A stretch of DNA of 64,000 bases from NCBI RefSeq assembly GCF_001949145.1, contig NW_019091357.1, positions 2,828,859 through 2,892,858 of the forward strand, given 5' to 3'. A program made the position numbers and the translations under genes. The notes under the pieces are model-generated. The model saw only the letters and a program-made list of their open reading frames with translations, had not been told where the DNA came from and did not search any database. This DNA comes from Acanthaster planci. Taxonomy: Eukaryota. Positions within the stretch are counted from its first letter, which is position 1. Every line of letters begins with the position of its first letter. Shown in pieces: positions 1 to 12,800 of the stretch.

Positions 1-242
1 CTTATGCATTTTTGTCTATTTGTCTTGGAGGGGGGGGCCTTGCCATGCCAGTGCTCCTCCTTCCACTGTTGCCACGCTGCACTGGTACATGGATTCATAT
101 CTGTGGTTCAGTCAAATCAATGGGACATGTTGCAGAAGCTGTTTTCAACAGGTGCGCCGTACAAAGTAACTTTGTGACTCTCCACAAACTCCAAGCCATG
201 CAATGACTGTAGAGTTCTGGAAACTGAGTACAACACCTGTGG

Positions 243-454
243 GTAATTCCAGAAATTAGGGGTCCAGAAGTGTGACATTTCGGTGTCCCTGTTACATCTG
301 ACCTTTGTCATTTGACATGGAAATATCACCGGAATTGATTTCAAACTATTACTGTTTGTTTGGCAGGTAATTTCCATTAATTCATCACTCTTGGAAATTA
401 GAAAATGTGTTCTGAACTTACAAAAAAAAATGGACCCCTAATTTCTGGAATTAC
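243..454. mobile_element. Small MITE-like element with 24-bp terminal inverted repeats
   Basis: GTAATTCCAGAAATTAGGGGTCCA (243-266) is the exact reverse complement of 431-454. Confidence 0.65.
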
Positions 455-1271
455 TCCTGTGTGTTCTTTGTAACCTTTTTAAACACTGCTTGATTCTAAT
501 TATGAATATTTCAGTTTTGCTTTTGTTTCCCAAATGTACATAAATGTATAAATCTGCCTTATTATTCCTAGCTGTGTGGAATTTTCTGAAGGCAGTCGTA
601 AGCCACAATTTTCACTGCTCTTTAAAAATAGCAACAGCATCAATGAAGTTCATCAGTGCGTAAAAATACCACCGAAAATGTTGTGTGTGTGGAGGGATGC
701 ATTGTGCACGAAGGGTAGGGTTGGTTGTGGTAATTATGAAGACTTATCAATTGTCCACAGACCAGGGCTATACGTGTACCATTTTATGTGAGCTAGACGC
801 CAGGATTGATTGAATATCCTTTCATTGTCGTGTGTTTGCAGTTTGGGCCGGTGCGCCGTGCTGCTGGGTTTGTTGTAGGAGTCGATCACCATGACAGCCA
901 AAGTTCATTGCTATGGACTGAATCGTTGTGCACACAGCAATCGTGTGTACAGAGCTCCATCATTAGCACACTCTGGCCAGGTGTATACTGTACATGTACA
1001 TGTGTGGTATGTGCCTGTATGCACCTTTCCGATCACTGTCTGTTATTAAAATTGATATGTTCAATTCATGACCTTTGTTCACCTCTGCGCAAGACACTCA
1101 TCACTGGGCAAACTTACCTGTTTGAAACCACTCTGGGAAATTGAGTCACTGAAAAAACACTTATTTCAGAAAGACGAAACAGAAACAAAATGCAGCAACT
1201 CAAATCAGCTGAAGCAGAGTTCAAAGGCTGCTGAAAATTACAAAAGCCCGAAGATGAAAGGAACATCATAG

Positions 1272-1742
1272 TAGGGCTGAGTCAATTTGAATAATTCACT
1301 ATTTCGAATATTCGACTTTCAATTTAATTGAATATCTGAATTTTCGGTCGTACCGACCGGCTGATTTTCATGAACAAACCATAAACAAAATCAGCTGCAA
1401 TAACACACACAATTGTACATTATGATCAATATAATAGCTCCTCATCGGAGTACATGTATCTCTAGCCATGATTTAGCAAGACTTCTTGCCCTGTTGAAAA
1501 TTTCAATTCCTTTTAAATATTTCAATGAATAATTGACTTTTTAAATCATTGTAAGATTTCTGACACTTTTCATTTGAATCTGCTTGAAAAGTAAACCTCC
1601 ATATTGCAATTTTTCTCATTTAAAACAACAGAAAATTTGCCGTTCCTTTTCATAAATTTTGCATTTGAATACTCAAATTTGAAAAAAAATGGATCGAATA
1701 TTGGGTTACATGTATTCGGATACTGTATTAGGCACAGCCCTA
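1272..1742. mobile_element. Non-autonomous hAT-like MITE, copy 1
   Basis: Ends TAGGGCTG...CAGCCCTA; colinear over ~470 bp with 22173-22642. Confidence 0.7.
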
Positions 1743-2164
1743 CATGTACATCACAGATGAACATTACCCCCATTCCAATCATAACAGTGTAGTAGAAAAT
1801 GAAGGATGGATTACATCTACTTCTCCCTGCCAATAGATTTCCTATCTCGTACCCCCCCTCAGCCAGTCCCTCGAGCCTCGTTATCCCATTGCACATGTGC
1901 ATGAAATGTTCCTCTCTAGTTCTTGATCGGCTAACTGTGACATGATGTCACCCGATGTGAATAATTCACATTGTTGTGGGCATTGCACTGTTGTCAAGAG
2001 TGAATAAAAAAGAGTGACAAATTTATCATATAGTGACATTTAGGGAATGAACCACACTGATCAGGGTAATCAGGGTTCACCTGAGCAGTCATTTTCTTTC
2101 AAAAGTCAGTGCAACTTTGGAATTCAATAAGGAGAATTACCGGTAAAATGGAAAAAAGTGATGC

Positions 2165-2272
2165 CACAGCACACCCAACTCTTAAACTTTTATCTACATG
2201 TACATGTAGCCCAGGTACACAGCACACCCAACTCTTAAACTTTTATCTACATGTACATGTAGCCCAGGTACA
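2165..2272. repeat. 53-bp tandem duplication x2
   Basis: CACAGCACACCCAACTCTTAAACTTTTATCTACATGTACATGTAGCCCAGGTA twice. Confidence 0.9.
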
Positions 2273-2789
2273 TAATACATGTTGTATTGTGTAGCCTACT
2301 TGCTTTAAAGTGCACACTACATACTGTGTTGGTTGGTCTTTCTTTTTTTAAGCTCCTTTTTTTATACAGAACTGAGGATCTATTGGAGTGGATCTGTGTG
2401 CGTAACACATAACAATTATAAATGTTCTTTTTTCCACAGAAGTTTGAATTTGTGTTCATTTTTTGGACTGAAATCAGCTTCTAAGATGAAATTACTCAAT
2501 TTTTTTTACAGCGTTGCTGTTTTGCTGGTCTTCGTGAATTCCCCTAAAAATATCATTTGGAATTAGCAGAGCACGTGCGGTGCATTTACGCATGTACATG
2601 TATGTACTGTAGGTGGCTCCAGAGGACCAGGTTGGCACTATTGGTCATTATCCGGACTTCATTAAAAATCCTTTTTGCGATACATTTTTTGGTTCTCTTT
2701 CACAGAGCCGTTGGGGACGAGTCGCAGTGAGGTATGTGGAGGCCATCTGAAGTTGCTTTCAACCTGATGGCGCCAAGTCAACAATCGTT

Positions 2790-2803
2790 GTCTCCATGGT
2801 GAT
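2790..2803. promoter_or_regulatory. Degenerate X-box-like motif upstream of the DCX exon
   Basis: GTCTCCATGGTGAT resembles GTNNCCATGGNAAC; ~450 nt before ATG 3251. Confidence 0.35.
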
Positions 2804-3250
2804 GGTATCCCCAGTCCCGGATATTGTGCATTACCGGCTGTTGCTCTCTGAGCTGGAACGGCATACACATACTGATGTATGAAAAGGGAGATGTATTTTT
2901 CCACACGAGTGCTGGAGGATGGTCATTTGTCGATGCAGAGTGAAACGGGGGGGAAAAAACTTGTGCAGTCGCTGAAGAGGCAGTTGCCTTGGATACGCAA
3001 AGCTACATCCGACGTGATTGCATTGAACTGAAAGAATGAACCAGAATGCGATGGGATTCTGCTTACTCTTCCTTGCTGGCAGTTGGTCGCTGTAACAAAC
3101 AATCAATGAAATATGGGACGGACACTGCTCGGACTGGTTGGACAGAGCGGGAATAGTTTATGACTCGCAACCTGCGACACGGTGGTTTGTTTTGATTTTT
3201 GTGCGGCCTGTCCTAGCAGTGATATTTATTTGGCTGCTGAGCGTGGCGGC

Positions 3251-3877
3251 ATGCCAAAGAAGATGGATCCTCCGCCGAAACGACACCACCCTAGCCTGGC
3301 CGACCGGGTGACCGGTCGGGCCAAAGTTGTCACCTTCTTCAAGAGCGGTGACAGGAACTTCAAGGGTGTCCAGATCCCGATCCGCAAGAAGTACAACTTT
3401 AGCACGCTGCTGTCTGACCTGGACCGGGTCAGTAACTTTCCGTTCGGCGTGCGGCGCATTGTGACACCCTCGGCGACCCACGACGTGACGGAACTAGAAG
3501 ATTTCGAGGACGGCAAGATGTACATCATGGCCCCGACCAAGAAAAAACCCAAGCCACTGGACTTGGCTGGCATTCAGGCCAGGCCTCCTTGGGCGCCTTC
3601 AAAGGCCCTGCCGGGCAGCGGCGCAAGCGGCGCCGAGGCCGAACTCATCTCGCCGCGCAAGATACCCGGTAACCACGCCAACGGCAACCTCCGGAGCTCT
3701 GAGTCCATGCACCGGACGGTCAAGAAGTTGATGGTGATGCGCAACGGGGACCCCCACAGCAAGCACATGATGCTGCTCAATCGGAACAAGATCCCCTCTT
3801 TTGAGGCCTTCTTGACAGATGTCGGTGAAAGCTTTCAGTTACCAGCACAGAAACTCTTTACCTCAGACGGCGTCAGG
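3251..3877 (+). CDS. RP1: Exon: DCX domain 1 plus N-half of DCX domain 2
   Basis: MPKKMDPP...AKVVTFFKSGDRNFKGVQIPI...FPFGVRRIVTP...KKLMVMRNGDPHSKHMMLLNR...QKLFTSDGVR; donor AGG|GTAGGT, phase 0; NAGNAG acceptor at 3214-3219. Confidence 0.9.
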
Positions 3878-6800
3878 GTAGGTACCGTACAAGATCAAGT
3901 TCTTTTAAACTACCCCAAACCTGCCATATCCCCACAGCAGGTTTTGTGAGGTTTTGGCAGGTTTGGTAAAGTACCTGATGAACTTGTTATTGAATTTGTG
4001 AGACTTGGGATGAAAGGCCCAGGGAGATGGTGTTGGATTCTGTGTGAGTTGGGACAAACAGGGTTCATTTTGTGCAGCGTCTGGCTTGCTGTACCAGTTG
4101 TTGGACTATGCTTGATTTTGTCAGGTTTGGTACTGTTCAGTGCAAATCATCCTATACTGCATAGACCCATCCATACCATATCACTCAAACTCCAACGGGC
4201 TCATTCTGTTGGAGTTTATCAGGTTTGGTACAGTAACCTACATGTACATGTGCAAGTACATAGACAAGTACATGCACCTGTTGGATTTTGTGAGGTTCAT
4301 TGTGCTTTCTAGTGCAGGAGCCTAGGGGGTTAGGGTTAATATCTCAGCCAATGAGAACCTTCAGGCATCAAACAAAATACGGCACTCACCATTATCCCTC
4401 ACCACTCTGAATCCAACAAGCGTATACATACAGTACTTGCATGATTTCAATGGTCCCTAGGGGTTAGGGTTAGACTTGGCCTTGATACATAACTTGTGCA
4501 TGCACCTGTACATACAGTCGCTTGTAAGGTCGTTATAGCTCGTTACAAATGTGGCCTGCAGGTGCATACATACATGTACATACGGCAGAGACAGTACAGT
4601 CAGCGGTCAACACACTTCACTGTAATACTGACTGAGGTCCTATCTCCTGTACACCACTAATCTCTTCTCTGGATTTCCTCAAACTGTTTTTGGAGGACCT
4701 GTTTGTATTGACTGTAAGAACGTACATGTATGTACACAGCTTTGATTGAAAAAAAAAAAAATTGAAAAACTAGAGCATATTTTAGTTACATGCAGGGTAT
4801 TTATGTACATTGTGTTCAGTAATATGGTTAAAATTAAAGTCCTCGCAGATTTTGGGTGGACAGAAAAAAAGCAAAAATATTTTACCCCCCCCCCAAATAT
4901 GACCTTGTTACATGTATACACCTTCTCACCTGTGTATGGTAACTAAAGAAATCTAAAGAGACCACTCATGCACCAACAAAACACCCCCCCCAAAAAAAGA
5001 TACAAATAATAGCTGACTAGTTGTAATTTTTACATTTGCCAGTTTGTGTTCATTTGGTGCTGGCTGCAAATCTTCGCAGTGTGCATCAGTGGCAATGCAT
5101 GGATAGTGCTGTGACATCTCTGGCAATGTTCCTGAATTTGCCAAAAGTCAGGCGCGATAAATTATTTCTACGTTGTAAAGTGACGGTGGCTAGGCTCTTA
5201 AATGCATAGATTCCATCACCGTCCTGCAATTTGTGATCTGGTCGGGCGATTTTCACGGAGTTGGGATTGTCGGGGTTGAGACCGTATGAAGTGATCAATT
5301 TCAACTGGCCCTGATGTTGACAGGTCCCTCGCTTCCCTCCCCTCCCGTCCCCTCCCCTCCCCCCGAGCAAATTAGTTCACGAAGATCCCACTCCGTCTTT
5401 GGCTGAAATTAATGCTGTTGAAAACCATAGCCACTGGACCGGTAGGGCTGCTCCAGCGTGTTTGCCAAGTCGTTTTGCACATGTTCAAGCACTGGTGCAT
5501 GTAAGATCACTCCGTCAAGCAGAAATAATGGACGGGAAAGTACACGTACGTCAGGCTTGTGCTTTAATGAGGCTGAGTGCAAGGATAGTAACCGTAGTAA
5601 CCACTAATCTCTTAGTCATCTGGCATCACAGATTTTTCATAGGCCAGTGAATGCAAGGCTTAGTGCACATTCCTTTGCATAAACCAACATCTGTATGGTC
5701 AAATCCTTTTGTTTTGTATTAAACCCTGCATCTTGTATTTACCAATTTTAGTCCACTTTTTTTTAACCATTTAGAACATGCATATTCATGTTACATGTAA
5801 ACATACAGATGTACATTTCCAATGTATTTTTTTCTGATTTTCAAAATTGAGCAAATTGTAAGTGGTGAACACATCACTCAGAGCTTTTTCTGACCTGCAA
5901 TTGGTTGTGTTAATGTACACTGTACAAATTTTGTATACATGTAGTAGGCCTATGGCAGAGACCAAACAAAGCCTTACACACCAACGGCCTGTCTTTTGAT
6001 TCCTCATATTTCATCACTTACCTGTGCTTTGCCTTAGAGACCTACAGATCTTTGAACACATTACAAAACCTATGGAAATGTCTGATCACATGCACATCAG
6101 TGAATAGTATCGTACATTTACTCATTCAAGTTCCTCTTGTGGCTAGTGTGTGCCTGGATGTGTTGCCTCACAGTACATATATGTACATGGACATTGTACC
6201 TTCCAGTCAATCAATTGTCTTCTCTGACAAGAGCCAAGGGTTAGTGCACAATGTGGGTAATAATTGTATTGTCATCAGTTAATGATGATATTGTCTGCAT
6301 TGCCATGGCAACATCTCGGCTCACCAGTAATTGCGGGGGCTTTTGTATGCATCCATAATCTTTGAGATGCTCGAGAATTATCACCAGTGGGCACATTCCA
6401 TGAGTTGATGTGTTAAAACATGGCGGTAAAATAACTCTTCAGTGGAGCTCGCTTTTGCTGTAGACTTTGGTAAATTGTTATACAGTGTGAGAATTAATTT
6501 CATTGGGTTCTCGCTCCAACTAAGAGAGACAGTTCCAATGGAAAAACAACGAGAGATTTCAAGGACTCTCTGGCTGCTCGTCTTGCCAAGTTATTCCGTG
6601 TTGGTCAGTTTAGTAGAGGAGACGGAATGAAGAAAAGAAACTATCGAGACGGAAAGGTCGGCTGCTTGGGCCACACCGGGATGAAGAACAGAAACATTGA
6701 AGATCGGAAAGGCATCAGCAAAGGTGCAAGAGGAGCGAAGAATGCCAGAACCACTCTGGAGAGAGCCCCGGGAAACGGGTACGCGATTCTGGCGGACAGC

Positions 6801-9800
6801 ACGCCAGCAGAACCCTCGCGTATCACCTGCGGCACGCCCGGCCAAAGATCCCGAATGGCTACCAAGCTGGTGGTCATGAGGAACGGTGATCCCTTTACAA
6901 AACGGGTCCTGCTCCTCAACCGGAGCAAGATCCCTTCCTTTGAGTCTCTGCTAGGTAACATCGGGGAATGCTTACGGCTCCCAGCAAGAAAGCTCTTCAC
7001 AGTCTACGGTAGTAAGGTCAGTTAGCTGCACCACCCAGTTTTACAACGTAGAGTAAAACCGTGACGTCATCACTTATAATTGCCATGGTAGTTCACATCA
7101 TGATCAATTTCTTTGAAAGGGTTCATCAGACATATTCACAACCACAAATGCACTTACATAAAGGGTTAATTGATACAGAAAGTGCTACTCTTATAGACTA
7201 GACTGTTAACTAATTAATTCATATTTATTTTCAGTGTATTACACATATCGTATAATATTGATAGAATGTTACATTTTTTTCTGCTTTTTTCCACAGTATT
7301 GGGTCTGTCATAAATGTATTTATTTTGTATTAATACTGAGTTACTGATAACTTTGCATGTTTTGATGATACAACCAAATGGCAGTGGACTAACAAACAAT
7401 CAGTAGACCATCCTGTCATTGGGTAATGCAGGGTACAAGTTGGACATCATGGATCCTGGCTAGAAAGAAGACAGATTTTCTCATGGTGGATGGTGGTGTG
7501 TTTGGGTGCTTTGGTAAACTTCTTATTTCCAGCAAACATAAACAAAAATGCATAGACATCTCATTGTTAATATTTACATGTATCAGTGATTTGTGTACAA
7601 ATTATTTTAAACTTGCAAGATGCAGTCTTTGTAGAGTTGGATGTAGAATCTTGGCGTTGCTTGTACATGTGAACATGCTGTATGCCTGGTTAGGCCAGCG
7701 GCCGTTGTAAATAATCAGTTGCATGGTGATAGTCTTATAAATAATGAAACTGAACATGTTTTAAAAGAGGCACTGGCTGTGGGTGTCAGCAGTGCAGTAC
7801 CAGGAGCACGTACACACTGGTATGTGGGTCAGATATGACGCGTTTTTGATCAAGTTGTTTCATAGAATTGCACTGTACGTACTGTACATGTATGTTGAGA
7901 ATATTGCGATGTTGTTTACGGTCTCTAATTTACACTTCAGTGTACGGTAACGTGTACGTGTAGGCCTACTGTAATGTAGCCAGATGATCAGATCATTTTG
8001 CATGTTAATGCACAGGCGCGGGTACCAGGCATGCACACCAGGGATGGATGTCATTCCTCCTAGTGTTATTGTTTATGCACATCCGGGTACTTTGTCCAAA
8101 CTTTGCTTGCTCAAATGGCGCCAAGGCGAATTGCAACGTTTTATGGGTATTCGCGGTGATGTTCTCCATCTTGGGTTTCTCTTTGGTTTTAACCTACAAG
8201 TACCTGTACAAAGGGCAGAATTACATCTGGGGGTTTTTTGTCTCTAAAATCAGAGGATGTAGTAGATTTTTATGCTTTTTGATGAGGGATGTTTAAAACC
8301 CGCCTCCGAGTCCCTTACAATTTAGATTAAACTTTCTCAAGTTCAGAAAACGGACAAAGTTAGAGCCTGCTTACTGTCACTTCACAAAAGGTTTGATTCC
8401 TCTTGGAAGTGTGAAAGCTCTGTATTCAAGCACAGAGGATTAAGGAGGAGCCAAGATGGCCCCTACCAGCAAGCCCATGTGCCGATCCCTGCAAATTGGA
8501 GATTAAGGGTCAAATAATCAAGTTCTGTGCTTTCAGGTCGAGAGTCTGTCGGCCATCTTCAATGGCAGCGAGGACCTGTTTGTGGTTGGGACTGGGGTGG
8601 AAAAGTTCCGGCCCGGCAGCTACACGGAGAACTCACCGTTCAAGCCGTCATCAAGACAGCGGGAGTCGTTGCGCAGAAAGTCCACAGACGAGAGTGACCA
8701 ACCGCCCCAGAAGATCATTAAGAAATCCAGTAAGTTGACATGCTGGCATGGCACCAGCTTATCGACTGTTTTGACCGTCAGTGTAACACTTACAATATTA
8801 AGTCAAGATATTCAGGGATGAATCAATTTGAATAATTGAGCTTTGAATCTTCAGGTTTACCGTTCAGTTTTATACAAGAGATAAACTGTAGCTCCTGAGT
8901 ATCAGTTCTGCTCAGGTGTTTTCATGCCTTATTGGGAATTCTCCTTGTGTAACCAAAAATGTTTAAAAGACAACTTTGTATCAGTTCACGTCCACTACAC
9001 AACACCGATGTAAAAAAAAAATTGAAATTTGAACTAACACACCAACTGGTAGCTACTATAATCCATGTGGTTTAATACAACTTTCAGTTCCCTATTTTCA
9101 TGTATATGCTCTTTGTATGACAAGCTCATGAAACGCTACGGAGGGCTTCGCTTGTAACGTGTAGTTCATGATTGTCTTTTTTTCCAATTTTTCAATTTGT
9201 CCAGGGGGGAAGTTTCACATGTGGGTCGCCACCAGCGAGAATCCCTCGGCAGGCACGGATGCCACGGTGTCCATCACGGTCTATGGTGACAAGGGAAGTC
9301 GGACGACATTGTCCTGGGCTGTGGCAACGGCAAGTTTGAATCGGGCAACGAGGACGAGTTCAATGTAGGTAGAGCAATGGATTTGAGCCAAACCGGGCAC
9401 ATATTGCAAAGTTCAAAGAAACCATTCTTTGCCTAAACCTTGTCAGAGTACTTAGCAAATGTTGAGCGTTTCCAATTCAGAAAATGGGGTCCCCCTTGAA
9501 AACAATCGACTACCAGATTCTGCATATGGAGTCTGATGGAAATGCATATTAACGCCAACATACCACGAACTCTCGAGAGAAGAGTTGACTGATGCGTGCG
9601 ATTTGCTCTTTCCAGATCAACGTGGGCAGCATCGGCGACATCTACAAGATCAGGATTGGGCACGATGACAGCACGGAGTTCGCCGGATGGCTGTGCGAAG
9701 AGGTAAACGCCGCAGCATGCACATTTACAATGACACAGACCAATACCACGGGATCCCTGTGTGGCAATGACCCCTCCAGAAAGTGTAGACAATTTTCTTG

Positions 9801-12800
9801 TTCCCTTTGCAGCGATGTAACCGAGAGCTTCTTCCTGTCTTTGTTGCGTCCCCCAAAAGTCCGACAAATAAAAGCACTAGTTAGGCAAACACTGGTGTGT
9901 CAGCTGACGCACATGTAAATGCACTGTTCAGAAGTTACTGTGCCCAGCACAGAAAGAGAAATAGAAGAATATATCAAATGGAGCAGAAATAGAACATGGC
10001 GTTGACGTAGCTGTCTTTGATCTAATTTTGTTTGCTGTGTCTTACAGCTGACAAAATTTAGATTAATTTGGCGGCAACCAGAATGCATTTTAATGATGAG
10101 CGATGTGACACGTAAAGGGATTTTATACGTGTGCACACTTGCGAAGGCCATCATTGGTAATGTGCGTGTATTGAGTCGGTTCAGTTTAATATTAAGTTGG
10201 CCTGGCAACATGCAGTACTGTGGAAACGTAGTGACAAGTATTAAGGCATTCAAGCGTACATATGCGTGCTTGTGAAATGCGCGGTCCTCCTCTGCGGCCC
10301 AGGAAGAAACTTGGAACTAGCTTGTTGATTGGTTGACTTACCCGTACATGTGGGTCATTCTATATTTGGCGTCCATTTTGTTCCCATTCCTGTTACATCT
10401 GGCCTGTCATGTGCACCACTCGTGCATTGCAAACAGATTTAAAAAAATAACCATGCAGCTTGTCACTTGTGCAGGTCTTGGAATGGGAGAAAAACTGAAA
10501 AATCAAACAAAATATATTGAAAAAAATTGAATTAAAAAAAAAAAAAAACCCACTTTGCTTCCACCCTCCTGTTCATCTGATCCTTTCCAGTGTTCCCTCC
10601 TCTCTCAATAAAAATCAGCAAAATTATATATCCTTGCAAAAGCCAACACGCCCTCCCCAAAAACCAAAACCACAAAAAACCTCATCCATGTTTTGTATAA
10701 AGTCGATTACCTATGGAAGAAAAAGGGATAGTCAAAATCTGTCCGGCTTTTTTTCTCGGAGTTGGGACCATATTTTCCCAGACCAAATTCATGAATTTAC
10801 ATGTATCTGTTATTGTTTGCAGTATTCATATGTGACAAAGCTTTAGAAAAAATGGGGGTAATTGGAGTTCCCCTATACCTACAGGGGAACTCGGAATCTG
10901 TCTGGCTGTTTTCTCAGAGTTTAGGCCATTTTTTTCGAGACCAGATTGGTTGAATTTTTCTGTTCCTGTTTGCAGTGTTCAGATGTGACAAAGTTAAAAA
11001 AAAAAACTGCGGGTAATTTTGACCTCTGTCAACTCGGCTTCCCCCAAATGTTGTGCTGCTTCTTACCTCTTTTGGGCCTGTGAGAGGGGATATCACTCAA
11101 TCCATTAAAATTGATTGATAGACATTTGTTGCTCTGACAACAGGTCGCATACAGGTGTGTTGTCACACTGCGCACCACAGCTTAATGCACTTTGCTTTAA
11201 TTGCTTGGATGTGCCACGGGTAGCCTTGAATGCATGCTATGTATAGTTAATAATTATGGATGCCACGAGGAGGGAGCTAATCTTCAGAGTGTTCCCAGGT
11301 GTGCACGAGGCCTCGCTTGTTGAATGCACCACCACTTTCCCTTCCCCAATTTCCCCACAGTGAGAATAGGTTGAGCTCGGTGAGATACAGAGGCAAGGTT
11401 CCTTCTTGGTCGGCAGAATCCCGAGAGGAACAGTGAAGCCCTCCAATGTGTGCAGAAGGGGAAATAGATCTGGACAAAGCACCGAAATGAGCAAAGAATG
11501 TGAGAAAAACGGGATGAAATGCGCAGGTATAAAAAAAAGTAAAATACCTGACCAAAAAACAAAAACCCTTGACGGGCTGTCAAGTTTGAAACAAAGGAAA
11601 GAACCATGACACGCTCATTGGAAAAAGAAAGCTGGTAACACGTTTCAACTACTCGTAGTAAGCCTCTCAAAGTATTGAAAATTTCCTATTCGTCTTGCCT
11701 CCGACTAGTTTATTCATGAGACTGCACACCAGGTGCCGTTGCTGTAAACTAGAGAGACTGTACGTGTATAACGCTTCACAATGACGCGTGTAGGCACTGC
11801 TCATGTTTCACTTCAGTCTCAGGTGCCGTTATCAGGTTGTTTGTTAGAGGCAAAAGTAATGTGTCGTAAGAGACAGCAAGAGTTTTTGTCACTAGTTTGT
11901 TTGCCATCATGGTTTTCATAGTCGAGAGGCTGCAGACGAAAAAAACGAGGTTGAAAGAGGAATGAAGGAAAATGTTCTTGGTGCCTCCCCAACTTTGCCA
12001 GCATTCAAACTTGTCACTGCGATTGCATGCCTGTAGTTGTTATCTTGTCATTTTGCTTGAGTGACTTGTACATGTGTGTGTTATTTTTTCCTCAAACGAT
12101 GGAATTGTGCATATGATCAATGTCAGAATTAACACAGTCCTCGACGGCCCCAGGAAAATTTACGGTCCATTGCTGCAATGCACTGATGAAGCAGAAGATT
12201 TGAGGTCGCAATATGGAGCCATTTTAATGACAATATGGGGCCCTTGCTGGCCGTGTTCATGACAGTTTGAAAAAAATAAAGAAAGAAAAAGGAAAGAACA
12301 GGACTAGTGATCAATACAAAGAAGAAGAGAGACTTGTAGAGAGCAAATTGGCAACGACTGTTGCCTCAAGGTCAGTGACAGGGGAGAGTTACCAAGGTAT
12401 AAAGTGTTGCTGATATGCTCCCAGGGTTACAGAACAACTAGGAATGACACAATCAATACAGCCTGTCTGGCCTCACTGAAAACAGCAACAACATTTGATT
12501 GTGGGAACATGGCTGGACCGTGGCAAAGTTGATGCTTGGCTGGTATGCATTGAGGCGCGATACAGGGATGGTTTGCTCTGGTACTGCTCACTCCTGACAT
12601 TGTTAGTTTTTCAGTGGAAGTTGTTTATGGGGTTAGGGTTAGGGCACCGTTTCTGAGTGGGGTGGTTTGCGCACTGAGTTATTCAACAGAAGTTTTATCT
12701 GAATGCGTACAAACTGACCATTGTTGTAGGCTGAGACCACAGTAATGGGAACCGGCCACATACATGTATAATGTGTATTTTCTGTCCTTTGTTACCAGTG

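Noticed and set aside
4321..4472. TTAGGG telomere-like motifs (also ~12631-12644 and ~17058-17090)
   Set aside because: Only 1-3 units each; too short to call interstitial telomeric arrays.
11280..12330. Purine-rich, coding-looking patches in the PLAT1 intron
   Set aside because: All frames are interrupted by stops and I recognised no protein family; possibly a decayed element but unsupported.
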